Shown here one piece after another: positions 54,399-64,000 of a stretch of 64,000 nt of DNA. The notes beneath the pieces were generated by a model, which worked only from the letters and a program-made list of their open reading frames with translations, did not search any database and was not told the origin of the DNA. The translations under genes were made by a program, and so were the position numbers. Numbering within the stretch: position 1 is the stretch's first letter; every line of letters begins with the position of its first letter. The stretch covers positions 162,141 to 226,140 of the forward strand of contig CAYPKD010000002.1 of NCBI GenBank assembly GCA_964411255.1, read 5' to 3'. Source of the DNA: an uncultured Gammaproteobacteria bacterium (lineage in GTDB: Bacteria > Patescibacteriota > Patescibacteriia > UBA11705 > DATKZF01).

Positions 54399-55946
54399 AT
54401 GCCTAAAGAAAAAACAAAAGACCACATTGTAGAACTCCTAAAAAAGCAAATCGAAGGATTCGAGGAGGAATTAGCTGTCGAAAAAGTCGGTAAAGTAATT
54501 GAAGTCGGAGATGGTATTGCTAAAATCACGGGGCTGTCTGATGTTATGGCCTCAGAAATGCTTGACTTTGGAAATAATATTTTTGGCGTTGCCCTGAATT
54601 TAGAAGAGGACACTGTGGGTGCTATGATTTTAGGTGAATATTTTGGCATAAAAGAAGGAGATACTGTGCGAAGTACTGGAAAAATTTTATCTATTCCTGT
54701 CTCAGAAAAAATAGTCGGCCGGGTTATAAATCCGTTAGGCCAAACTATCGATGGAAAAACTCCAATACAGACGGATGAGTATTATCCGATAGAAAAAATA
54801 GCTCCAGGTGTTATTGCCAGAGAATCAGTCCGTCAGCCAGTCCAAACAGGAATAAAAGCTATAGACTCAATGATTCCAATCGGACGGGGCCAGCGTGAAT
54901 TGATTATTGGCGACCGCCAGACTGGCAAAAGTGCAATTGCCATAGATACTATAATAAATCAAAAAGGACTGGACATGATTTGCATTTATGTGGCGATTGG
55001 CCAGAAAGAGTCAAAGATTGCAAGACTTAAGGCAAAATTAGAAGAAGTGGGTGCTATGGAATATACCACTATAGTGCTTGCCGGTGCATCAGATCCATCA
55101 TCATTATCATTCTTGTCTCCCTATGCAGGTTGCGCTATTGGCGAATATTTTATGGATCAGGGAAAAGATGTTTTAATTATTTACGATGATTTGTCAAAAC
55201 ATGCTGTCTCATATCGTGAAATTTCTTTATTGTTGCGCAGACCCCCAGGCAGAGAAGCTTATCCTGGAGATATCTTTTATCTTCATTCAAGGCTGCTTGA
55301 AAGGTCAGCAAAATTGAATAAAGATCATGGCGGAGGTTCTTTGACTGCATTGCCGGTTATTGAAACTCAGGCAGGTGATGTTTCCGCTTATATTCCAACG
55401 AATGTGATTTCCATTACAGACGGTCAAATATATTTAGAATCAGATTTGTTTTATCAAGGTGTTCGTCCAGCGCTTAATGTCGGTTTATCAGTGTCCCGTG
55501 TCGGTTCAGCCGCACAGATTAAGGCAATGAAAAAAGTGGCTGGAAAGTTACGATTGGATTTAGCTCAGTACAGAGAATTAGCCGCTTTCGCCCAGTTTGC
55601 TTCTGAATTAGATGAAGAAACGAGAAAACAACTTGAAAGAGGTGAGCGAATTACTGAAATTTTAAAACAAGGACAATATGAACCTATGCTGGTGGAACAT
55701 CAGGTTGCTATTTTATACTCAGCAGTTAACGGATATTTGGATGATGTTGAAACGAAAAAGATAAAAGATTTTGAAATGGGTTATCATAAATATCTGGAAA
55801 ATGCTGGTAAAGCAGTTTTGGATAATATTAAAAAACAGAAGGATTTAACAGAAGATATTGAAAAAGAATTAGAAAGATTAATTAATGAATATAAGGGTAC
55901 AGTGCCGGAAATGCTAGTAAAGAAAGAAGATCAAGTAGAAGAATAA
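54399..55946 (+). CDS. atpA: ATP synthase F1 alpha subunit
   Basis: Walker A GDRQTGKS. Typical alpha-subunit motifs. Confidence 0.9.
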   Translation: MPKEKTKDHIVELLKKQIEGFEEELAVEKVGKVIEVGDGIAKITGLSDVMASEMLDFGNNIFGVALNLEEDTVGAMILGEYFGIKEGDTVRSTGKILSIPVSEKIVGRVINPLGQTIDGKTPIQTDEYYPIEKIAPGVIARESVRQPVQTGIKAIDSMIPIGRGQRELIIGDRQTGKSAIAIDTIINQKGLDMICIYVAIGQKESKIARLKAKLEEVGAMEYTTIVLAGASDPSSLSFLSPYAGCAIGEYFMDQGKDVLIIYDDLSKHAVSYREISLLLRRPPGREAYPGDIFYLHSRLLERSAKLNKDHGGGSLTALPVIETQAGDVSAYIPTNVISITDGQIYLESDLFYQGVRPALNVGLSVSRVGSAAQIKAMKKVAGKLRLDLAQYRELAAFAQFASELDEETRKQLERGERITEILKQGQYEPMLVEHQVAILYSAVNGYLDDVETKKIKDFEMGYHKYLENAGKAVLDNIKKQKDLTEDIEKELERLINEYKGTVPEMLVKKEDQVEE

Positions 55947-55972
55947 GTTCATAACGTTATAATGTAAATATT

Positions 55973-56926
55973 ATGCAAGCCGGAGCAAGAGAAATACGCA
56001 GGCGAATAAAGTCTGTTAAAAATACAAAAAAAATTACCAAAGCAATGGAAATGGTCGCAGCTGCTAAAATGAGAAAAGCTGTTGATGGTGTTTTGGCTAC
56101 ACGTGATTATTCTAATTTAGCATGGGAAATGCTTTTAAGTATTTCAGAAAGAACTGATACGTCAAAACACGCTTTATTATACCAAAGAGAAGATGTGAAA
56201 AAAGTGGCAATCATTTTAATCAGTTCAAATCGTGGGCTTTGCGGTGGATTCAATAATCAGATTTTTCAGAAGGTAGTAGAGTCAATAAAGAAGCATGAAA
56301 ATATTGATCATGAGCTTATCACTCTAGGTGACCGGGGAAGAGACGCGCTTATTCGTAATAAATATGAGATCACAGCTGATTTTCCAAAAGAAGATGTGAT
56401 CTTGTCTTCTGCGGAAATTGCCCCAATAGCTCATATGATAATTAACAATTATGTTAATAATGAATATGATAAAATTTTGATTGGCTATACAGATTATGCT
56501 TCATCAATGAGTCAAATCCCTAGAGTAAAACAAATATTACCTATAACTACTCAAGATGAATATTTAGGTGCAGTGGGTAAAAGTAAGGGAATTCATATGA
56601 CACCTGAGTTTGCGAAAGCAAAGCAGGAAAAGCACTTAACCAAAGGAGAATTCAAATTCGAATATTTATTTGAGCCGAATATTAAAAAAGCATTGGATGA
56701 ATTATTACCACGATTGATTGAAATACAGATCTATCAGGCTGTGTTGGAATCAAATGCGTCAGAGCATAGCGCGCGTATGATGGCTATGCGTCAGGCATCA
56801 GATGCGGCAGGTGAAATGATTAACGATCTGACCTTGGCTTACAACCAGGCCAGGCAAGCTGCCATTACAAAAGAAATTATTGAAATTTCATCTGGAAAAG
56901 CAGCATTAGAACAAAATAAAGTATAA
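55973..56926 (+). CDS. atpG: ATP synthase F1 gamma subunit
   Basis: N-terminus IRRRIKSVKNTKKITKAMEMVAAAKMRKA. C-terminal helix. Confidence 0.85.
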   Translation: MQAGAREIRRRIKSVKNTKKITKAMEMVAAAKMRKAVDGVLATRDYSNLAWEMLLSISERTDTSKHALLYQREDVKKVAIILISSNRGLCGGFNNQIFQKVVESIKKHENIDHELITLGDRGRDALIRNKYEITADFPKEDVILSSAEIAPIAHMIINNYVNNEYDKILIGYTDYASSMSQIPRVKQILPITTQDEYLGAVGKSKGIHMTPEFAKAKQEKHLTKGEFKFEYLFEPNIKKALDELLPRLIEIQIYQAVLESNASEHSARMMAMRQASDAAGEMINDLTLAYNQARQAAITKEIIEISSGKAALEQNKV

Positions 56927-56933
56927 ATTCACA

Positions 56934-58381
<1,448 letters not shown>

Positions 58382-58423
58382 CAATAAATTTTTACAGTAT
58401 CAATTAATATAATTTATAAACAT

Positions 58424-59173
58424 ATGAAAAAATTATTAATTGCATTTGTATTAATAAGTGTATTGGCTGCTTGCTCAGCCGCTGATGTTACTGATTATAA
58501 TAATAAATCAAGCATAGATATTGATGAGCAGGACAGTCAGCCGCAAGGCATTGACCTTAATCTAAATAATTATGTTCAGGAAACTGAACAGCCAAGTCAA
58601 AATGTACCAGTTCAGGGTGAGAAGAAAACTCAGGTTGGACCGGAAAATATTTATGACCCGGATACGTTTGATGATTTGATAAGCCAATATGACCAGGCAA
58701 GGATAAAGACAAACGCCGGTTATATCCAGATTTCTTTTTATAATGAAGATGCTCCAAAAACAATTAACAATTTCATGAATTTGGCTAAGCGGGGGTTTTA
58801 TAACGGTACTACTTTCCATAGAGTAATAAAAGATTTTATGATTCAGGGCGGTGACCCAAATAGCAAAGATGAGAACTGGACAGATGACGGACAGGGTGGC
58901 CCTGGCTACAAGTTTGACGATGAAATTAATGACAGAAAATTAGTAAAAGGAAGCGTGGCTATGGCTAATTCAGGCCCAAACACCAATGGATCTCAATTCT
59001 TTATATTAACAGCTGATGAAACACCCTGGCTTGATGGTAAACATACAAATTTTGGAGAAGTAGTAGGTGGTATGAATACAGTTTTATTGATTGCAGCTGT
59101 TGAAACAAATGCAAGCGACCATCCAATGCAGGATGTTATTGTTCAGAGTATTGAATTGATTAAATCAGAATAA
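58424..59173 (+). CDS. cyclophilin-type peptidyl-prolyl cis-trans isomerase, lipoprotein
   Basis: Lipobox VLAACS. FHRVIKDFMIQGGDP and ANSGPNTNGSQFFI. Confidence 0.85.
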   Translation: MKKLLIAFVLISVLAACSAADVTDYNNKSSIDIDEQDSQPQGIDLNLNNYVQETEQPSQNVPVQGEKKTQVGPENIYDPDTFDDLISQYDQARIKTNAGYIQISFYNEDAPKTINNFMNLAKRGFYNGTTFHRVIKDFMIQGGDPNSKDENWTDDGQGGPGYKFDDEINDRKLVKGSVAMANSGPNTNGSQFFILTADETPWLDGKHTNFGEVVGGMNTVLLIAAVETNASDHPMQDVIVQSIELIKSE

Positions 59174-59195
59174 ATAAAAATACGAAATTCAAAAT

Positions 59196-59666
59196 TTGGC
59201 TTTTATGGCAGAAAAAAAAGATAATTTAATAAATTTTAAAATAGCCACACCTGAGCGTGTGGTTTTTAAGGATGAGGTAGAACAAATCACTTTACCGACA
59301 AAAATGGGTGAAATAACAGTATTGCCAAATCATATACCTTTGATATCAGTATTGGTTCCAGGGGAGATAATTGTGAAAAAGCAAAATGTAGTAAAAACAA
59401 TGTCAGTTTCTGGTGGATTTATCGAAGTGCAGGCAGAAAAGGTGGTGGTTTTGGCAGACACAGCTGAGAAAGCAGAAGAAATTGACATTAAGCGAGCAGA
59501 AGAAGCAAAAGAAAGAGCTGCAAAAGCAATGACTGAAAAGAAAATGGATGCGGTGGAATTTGCTTCATTAGCAGCGCAGATTGAAAAGGAAATGGCTAGG
59601 ATTAGAGTAGGAAGGAAATATAAAAGAATAGACCAGGTTGGCAGAACGCCTAAATATAAAGAATAA
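59196..59666 (+). CDS. atpC: ATP synthase F1 epsilon subunit
   Basis: Beta-sandwich N-terminus FKIATPERVVF..., ...GGFIEVQ. C-terminal helical hairpin. Confidence 0.8.
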   Translation: MAFMAEKKDNLINFKIATPERVVFKDEVEQITLPTKMGEITVLPNHIPLISVLVPGEIIVKKQNVVKTMSVSGGFIEVQAEKVVVLADTAEKAEEIDIKRAEEAKERAAKAMTEKKMDAVEFASLAAQIEKEMARIRVGRKYKRIDQVGRTPKYKE

Positions 59667-59790
59667 CAAAATATAATTATCGATTGTCAAATTTACAAAA
59701 AATTTTCAATGATCAATTTCCGAATATTGATAATTGTACATTGTAAGTTTTTAAAAATTGAAAATTTGCAAATTGATAAATTTTATTAGT

Positions 59791-60204
59791 ATGTCACACA
59801 CATGTAAAGCCCTTCTGGTCACCTGTATGGATTTCCGTTTTCATAAAGATATTGCTAACTTTGCAAAAGAACAGGATCTTGAAGGCCAATATGATTTATA
59901 TTCAATTGCTGGAACACAGAAAACTTTTTTAGATGAAGCGACGCATGCCACAGCAATTAAACAAGTTGAATTGTCTCAAAAACTTCATCAAATGACAGAT
60001 GTTTATTTAATTGCCCACTGGGATTGTGGCGCTTATGGCGGAAGTAAAGCATTTGAATCAGATCAATCGCAGCGAAATAAATATCTTGAAGATTTACAGC
60101 AAGCAAAGAAAATAATTGAAGAACATTTTAATGGCATTAAAGTCCATAAGTATTTAGCTATTTTAGATGAAGAGGAAAATATACGTTTTGAAAAAATTGA
60201 TTAA
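59791..60204 (+). CDS. beta-class carbonic anhydrase-like small protein
   Basis: CMDFRF (like CxDSR) and HWDCGAYGG (like HxxCG). ORF 59758..60204; start at MSHTCK. Confidence 0.4.
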   Translation: MSHTCKALLVTCMDFRFHKDIANFAKEQDLEGQYDLYSIAGTQKTFLDEATHATAIKQVELSQKLHQMTDVYLIAHWDCGAYGGSKAFESDQSQRNKYLEDLQQAKKIIEEHFNGIKVHKYLAILDEEENIRFEKID

Positions 60205-60247
60205 ACACTCGGAAACACTGGAAATCACAGTGTTTTTTGATAGGTTA

Positions 60248-60276
60248 TTGACAATGAAAAGAGGCAATGCTATATT
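60248..60276 (+). promoter_or_regulatory. sigma70 promoter TTGACA-17-TATATT
   Basis: TTGACA at 60248-60253 and TATATT at 60271-60276. Preceded by the terminator hairpin AAACACTG-gaaatca-CAGTGTTT plus TTTT. RBS AGGGAGGGAGA before the ATG at 60321. Confidence 0.55.
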
Positions 60277-60320
60277 ATTATTTGGGATAAATCCCGCTGC
60301 TTGCACAGGGAGGGAGACAA

Positions 60321-62231
60321 ATGCTAGAAGATCGCGTTGTTGGTGTAGTTGAATATATTGATAAGCTTATTAAAACCTTGAGAAGGTATATTTATGTGTA
60401 TTCAGAAATTGAACAAGCATATAGAAAAGAGTTTAAAAGAGATATGTATTCTGGCAAGCAAAGTTCTTTGAAAGACAAAATATTCCAAGCTAGGGAAAAA
60501 TTAGATAAACTGGGAAAAGAGTTGGATAGTAATAAATTTAATATGGTCAATGGTATTATTTCTCTTAAAGACGCAGTAGAAAATTTTATTTCTCATATTG
60601 AAGGAATTATTGAATATAATCCGATAAAACTTTTGGTAAAGGCTTTTCCGGAAATTAAAGAAAATGAAAATGTATGGAATATAGTGGCTACGATTACTGA
60701 AAAGCATGATTCTGAACATTGGGAAAAGTATGCCAGATTTTATAAGGCGCGTCTATATAAAGGTTTCTATACCAGCTATATGGATGAACAGCAAAATACA
60801 ATTAAGTTTAATCAAAAGCAATTGGCATTTGTAATGGCAATATTAAATAAAATTGATGGCATTATAGATATTTTTATTCATATTTACTGTAGCCCAGAAA
60901 ATGAAGGAAAAATTTCCCATAATCAAAACTGGATAAAAAAACAATTGTGTCAGAGCAGAGAAGAAATTAAACTCATTAAAGATGAAATGCTGCATAGTAA
61001 TTTTCTGACTGCAGATGATACAATTATTAGAATAATAAGTTTGCTTCATTTTTTTTCCGATACTTTCACTCCTCTTCAAGTATATAAAAATAGTGAAGAT
61101 ATTCCAGCGCAGCTGATTTCAATGAACAATGATTTGGAACGTATTGGGCAAGTAATGATTAAATTTCAAAAAAAAGTAAAGGAACAGCAGGAACTGGATG
61201 AATTATTTGGTTCAGGGATCGCTGTATCAATTGCTGCTCAGGATGATTCATCTGTTACAGAATTGCCAGCTGGAGAAAGTAAAACTGAATTAGCAATGAT
61301 TGTTGCACCTGTACATCTTGATAAAACTTATGATTCTGGGCAAAAGGCTATAGCCGTTTGCAATAAGCCTGGTCTTGAAGATATACCTCAAGAAGAAGCT
61401 TTGGAAATTCTTGGAGAAAAATATCAAAGCGAAGAAAAAGGCTGGAACCCGCTTGTCTGGCTGACGCGGCCCCAGGTTCTGAAACGATTGTTTGGCTGGC
61501 CATTTATTTTGGCATTTCTGGTTGCTATTTTCTGGTGCATTTACTATCTATATGAGTCAGTCATGCCGAAAACCGGCAGTGTAATTTTGCTGGGAACTAA
61601 ATATAAATCATCTGTTGACGCATTTTGTTTTGCTGGGAATGAAAGTGCGCTTTGTTCAGGAGTTATCCTGCCATTCAGTGTTTCCAGGTTTTGGGACGTG
61701 ATTTTTGTATTTGTTTTGCTAAGCGCATATTTTCTGACGCAAATTCTGGTAGTAATAAATGCAATTAAGAAAAAGGCAGGAGATATCTCAGCCCACTATT
61801 TCTTTATGAGAGGAGGATTTTGGTTTATTGTAACATTATCCGTATTAATGATCTTCATCATGCACATTTATTTTGGTAGAGGTATAATAATTGGTTGGAG
61901 TAATAACGTTTGCCTTTACTGTTTGCTATTATCATTGTTTTATAGCTTGATACAATATCAGGATAATGAATGGCCAAGCAGCTTTTATCTTGGAGTGGTT
62001 TTTGCAGGGTCCTTAGTTGTGGGTATATTTGATGGCGCAATATCTGGAATATTCACCATAATTCTGGCAAGCATTGCTGTTGCGTTTGGATTCTTGCTTG
62101 GCTCGATGATGATGGCAATTTGGAATTCAATAATTCATGTTTTTAGAAAAAAGAAGAATAAACCACAACAAGTTAGAGCGTTAGTTGTGATTGATAAAAA
62201 AAAGGATTTGATCGTAAAATCAATCGTCTAG
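60321..62231 (+). CDS. hypothetical large protein with C-terminal polytopic membrane domain
   Basis: About 370-aa soluble N-terminal region, then 6 or more TM helices. Confidence 0.55.
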   Translation: MLEDRVVGVVEYIDKLIKTLRRYIYVYSEIEQAYRKEFKRDMYSGKQSSLKDKIFQAREKLDKLGKELDSNKFNMVNGIISLKDAVENFISHIEGIIEYNPIKLLVKAFPEIKENENVWNIVATITEKHDSEHWEKYARFYKARLYKGFYTSYMDEQQNTIKFNQKQLAFVMAILNKIDGIIDIFIHIYCSPENEGKISHNQNWIKKQLCQSREEIKLIKDEMLHSNFLTADDTIIRIISLLHFFSDTFTPLQVYKNSEDIPAQLISMNNDLERIGQVMIKFQKKVKEQQELDELFGSGIAVSIAAQDDSSVTELPAGESKTELAMIVAPVHLDKTYDSGQKAIAVCNKPGLEDIPQEEALEILGEKYQSEEKGWNPLVWLTRPQVLKRLFGWPFILAFLVAIFWCIYYLYESVMPKTGSVILLGTKYKSSVDAFCFAGNESALCSGVILPFSVSRFWDVIFVFVLLSAYFLTQILVVINAIKKKAGDISAHYFFMRGGFWFIVTLSVLMIFIMHIYFGRGIIIGWSNNVCLYCLLLSLFYSLIQYQDNEWPSSFYLGVVFAGSLVVGIFDGAISGIFTIILASIAVAFGFLLGSMMMAIWNSIIHVFRKKKNKPQQVRALVVIDKKKDLIVKSIV

Positions 62232-62310
62232 GTAAACACACCAGGCGGTTTTTTTTATGACAACTAAAAAACAGCATCAATATGATGCAGCTTTTGTGTG
62301 TTGAAAAGAT

Positions 62311-63504
62311 TTATTTTTTCTCACGTGCTTCTATTAATGCTTCTAAAATATTCCTTGTTGCCTTGTGTGATATTAAATGAAGATTTTCCTTTGCAAATTT
62401 AATACCTTCCTGCCCGTAATTTTTTACTGCATGATTAAGTATTCTGTACAGATTTTCATATTTCTTTAGATATTGAATTTTTTTCATAGCAAGCTGGAAG
62501 TATTTCTCATTTTCAAATATTGCATCTATAACAAGGCTTCTTGGCATTCCTGGCACTAATGCTTCCCATTTTTCGAGAAGTTTTTCAAATGCCTTTGGAT
62601 CTTCTTTTGCTTTTGTGATTATTTCGTATTGCAGATAATCTCGAGGAAGTAAATCAATATTTTCTGCTGCAAAATTTAGGGTATCGGTTTGTTTTGCAGC
62701 GTGTAAAATAATTCCACGAATGTATTCTTCTTTTTTAAAGTCTCTAATTCTTTCATTGGCAAAGTCTCGGCCTTCCTTCCCACCTCTTGTCAGCGCTGCT
62801 TCAAGAACCATGAAACGTAGACTTCCATCTCTGATATCATCATAGCGCTCCATTGCTTTTTTAAGTCCAGCATCATTTTTGAGCGCATCATAACAACAAT
62901 AATATTGATTCGGAAAATTATCTTTTGCCTCTGATATTTGCCCGACATTATCCATAACAAATTCTGCGCCAACATCTAGACCCTTGCTTGATAATGCGCG
63001 GATAATTGCCTCTCTATCATTTTGATTCTGAATATCATCAAAGTGTTTTACAGCAAAGTCTATATTTTTTTTAGATCCGCTCTGTGCTGCAGCTGCCAGA
63101 AGTTTTCCTTTGGCATAATCATCATCAATCTCATAAAAATCATCTATTGCTTGTTTTAATTTTTCACCAGACAAATTTGAAACGATTTGGACAAGTATTT
63201 CTGTTTTTATAAATTCATTTTCTTCTGTTTCATAAATCTGCCGCAGCATTTTTATTGATTTTACGCTTTCATGAGCAGCCAAGGGGTTAATAATATCTGC
63301 CTTGGCATAAGTAGTTAATTCATTAAAGTGATCAATTATAAATTCATAAGCGGTTTTTTCTTCTTTTTGCGCCAAAGCCATTAGGATTTCTTGTCTAGCA
63401 TATTCATCTTGTTCTTGATCAAAAAGACTAATAAGTTCGTTTGCAGTTTTTGGGGAAAGAGGTTGTTCCTTTGGCTGGGTAGGTTCTTCTTTTAGTTCTG
63501 GCAT
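62311..63504 (-). CDS. hypothetical alpha-helical repeat (HEAT/ARM-like) protein
   Basis: Repetitive helical composition. No catalytic motif recognised. Confidence 0.45.
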   Translation of the reverse strand: MPELKEEPTQPKEQPLSPKTANELISLFDQEQDEYARQEILMALAQKEEKTAYEFIIDHFNELTTYAKADIINPLAAHESVKSIKMLRQIYETEENEFIKTEILVQIVSNLSGEKLKQAIDDFYEIDDDYAKGKLLAAAAQSGSKKNIDFAVKHFDDIQNQNDREAIIRALSSKGLDVGAEFVMDNVGQISEAKDNFPNQYYCCYDALKNDAGLKKAMERYDDIRDGSLRFMVLEAALTRGGKEGRDFANERIRDFKKEEYIRGIILHAAKQTDTLNFAAENIDLLPRDYLQYEIITKAKEDPKAFEKLLEKWEALVPGMPRSLVIDAIFENEKYFQLAMKKIQYLKKYENLYRILNHAVKNYGQEGIKFAKENLHLISHKATRNILEALIEAREKK

Positions 63505-63577
63505 AAATTTAATTTTTGTTATTAATATTAATTATATTGTGGCAAAATATTTTTATTTCGTCAATTGCTATTAAAAA

Positions 63578-63610
63578 AACCGCTGAATTTGATCAGCGGT
63601 ATTTTTTTTA
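63578..63610 (-). terminator. terminator (minus strand) for XRE gene
   Basis: Minus strand reads ACCGCTGA-tcaaat-TCAGCGGT followed by TTTTTTT. Confidence 0.6.
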
Positions 63611-63976
63611 TCCAAATGAAATCCAGGAAATTTTTTTAGGATTGATTTTTAGCACTATGCATATTTTGCACAGGGTAAGCATATCTGTTCTAGTATTTGG
63701 ATCTTCTGCATCTTGAATTTGCTTAAGAGTCAGTCCTGTTTTTTCTGCCACTTCATCCTGCGTTATGCCTTTTTTTTCTCTGCGGCGTATAAGAGATACT
63801 GTTGGTTCATTAGGCTCTTTAACAATAATTGCGCTTCCTTTATCAAAAATTTCTTGCATCACGTCCAGTCCAAAGATCGAATAGACATCAAAGGCAGTCA
63901 TTATCAAGCCTTTTGATGCTGGTTTATATAAGGCCAAATGATCCTGGCTTCTGACAAATAGCATAGTAGAAGTCAT
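63608..63976 (-). CDS. XRE-family HTH transcriptional regulator (may extend beyond window)
   Basis: C-terminal HTH_3: KKGITQDEVAEKTGLTLKQIQDAE. Window ends 24 nt past the first Met. Confidence 0.55.
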   Translation of the reverse strand: MTSTMLFVRSQDHLALYKPASKGLIMTAFDVYSIFGLDVMQEIFDKGSAIIVKEPNEPTVSLIRRREKKGITQDEVAEKTGLTLKQIQDAEDPNTRTDMLTLCKICIVLKINPKKISWISFG

Positions 63977-64000
63977 TGCCTTTTCAAGAGCGGTTTTACC

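Overview
This is an AT-rich, densely coded window in which almost every gene is on the + strand. Its gene content is consistent with a small-genome Patescibacteria/CPR-like bacterium; that assignment is inference from gene content only.

Supported features:
- murF.
- A tRNA-Glu(CUC) transcription unit.
- An SOS module: promoter with candidate LexA boxes, a four-helix-bundle cassette, lexA, a small accessory ORF, and Y-family polymerase dinB.
- A GGDEF diguanylate cyclase.
- A group-3b-like [NiFe] hydrogenase operon (beta, gamma, delta, alpha subunits plus a HypA-like protein).
- A glycolytic block: pgk, eno and two tandem iPGM paralogs.
- mutM, uppP, a mannose-1-P guanylyltransferase and mltG.
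- A tandem radical-SAM/SPASM pair next to an MBL-fold protein with two cNMP-binding domains.
- A translin-like protein, an orphan beta-class DNA methyltransferase, and an M50 protease fusion.
- rsmI, metG, cvpA, tatD and a complete F1Fo ATP synthase operon.

Unusual observations:
1. A 1.4 kb ORF-free, hairpin-rich, internally duplicated insert splits the hydrogenase small and large subunit genes.
2. A family of inverted-repeat-flanked cassettes carries four-helix-bundle (TIGR02436-like) and GxxExxY-type genes. The cassettes sit inside the lexA 5' region, the atp operon and the hydrogenase operon, and one apparently empty inverted-repeat pair lies at 34994-35083.
3. Four tandem paralogs at 8113-11260 each carry the same terminator cassette; three share the promoter/RBS module.
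4. Three tandem membrane-protein paralogs at 33397-34923 share identical terminator modules.
5. Two direct repeats of the GTTC-N7-GTTC type overlap the lexA promoter.
6. A conserved hairpin repeat shows compensatory base changes between its two copies.
7. A lipoprotein gene is interrupted by an in-frame TAA.
8. A 570 bp ORF-free stretch lies between convergent terminators.

No rRNA genes, CRISPR arrays, transposases or integrases were seen.
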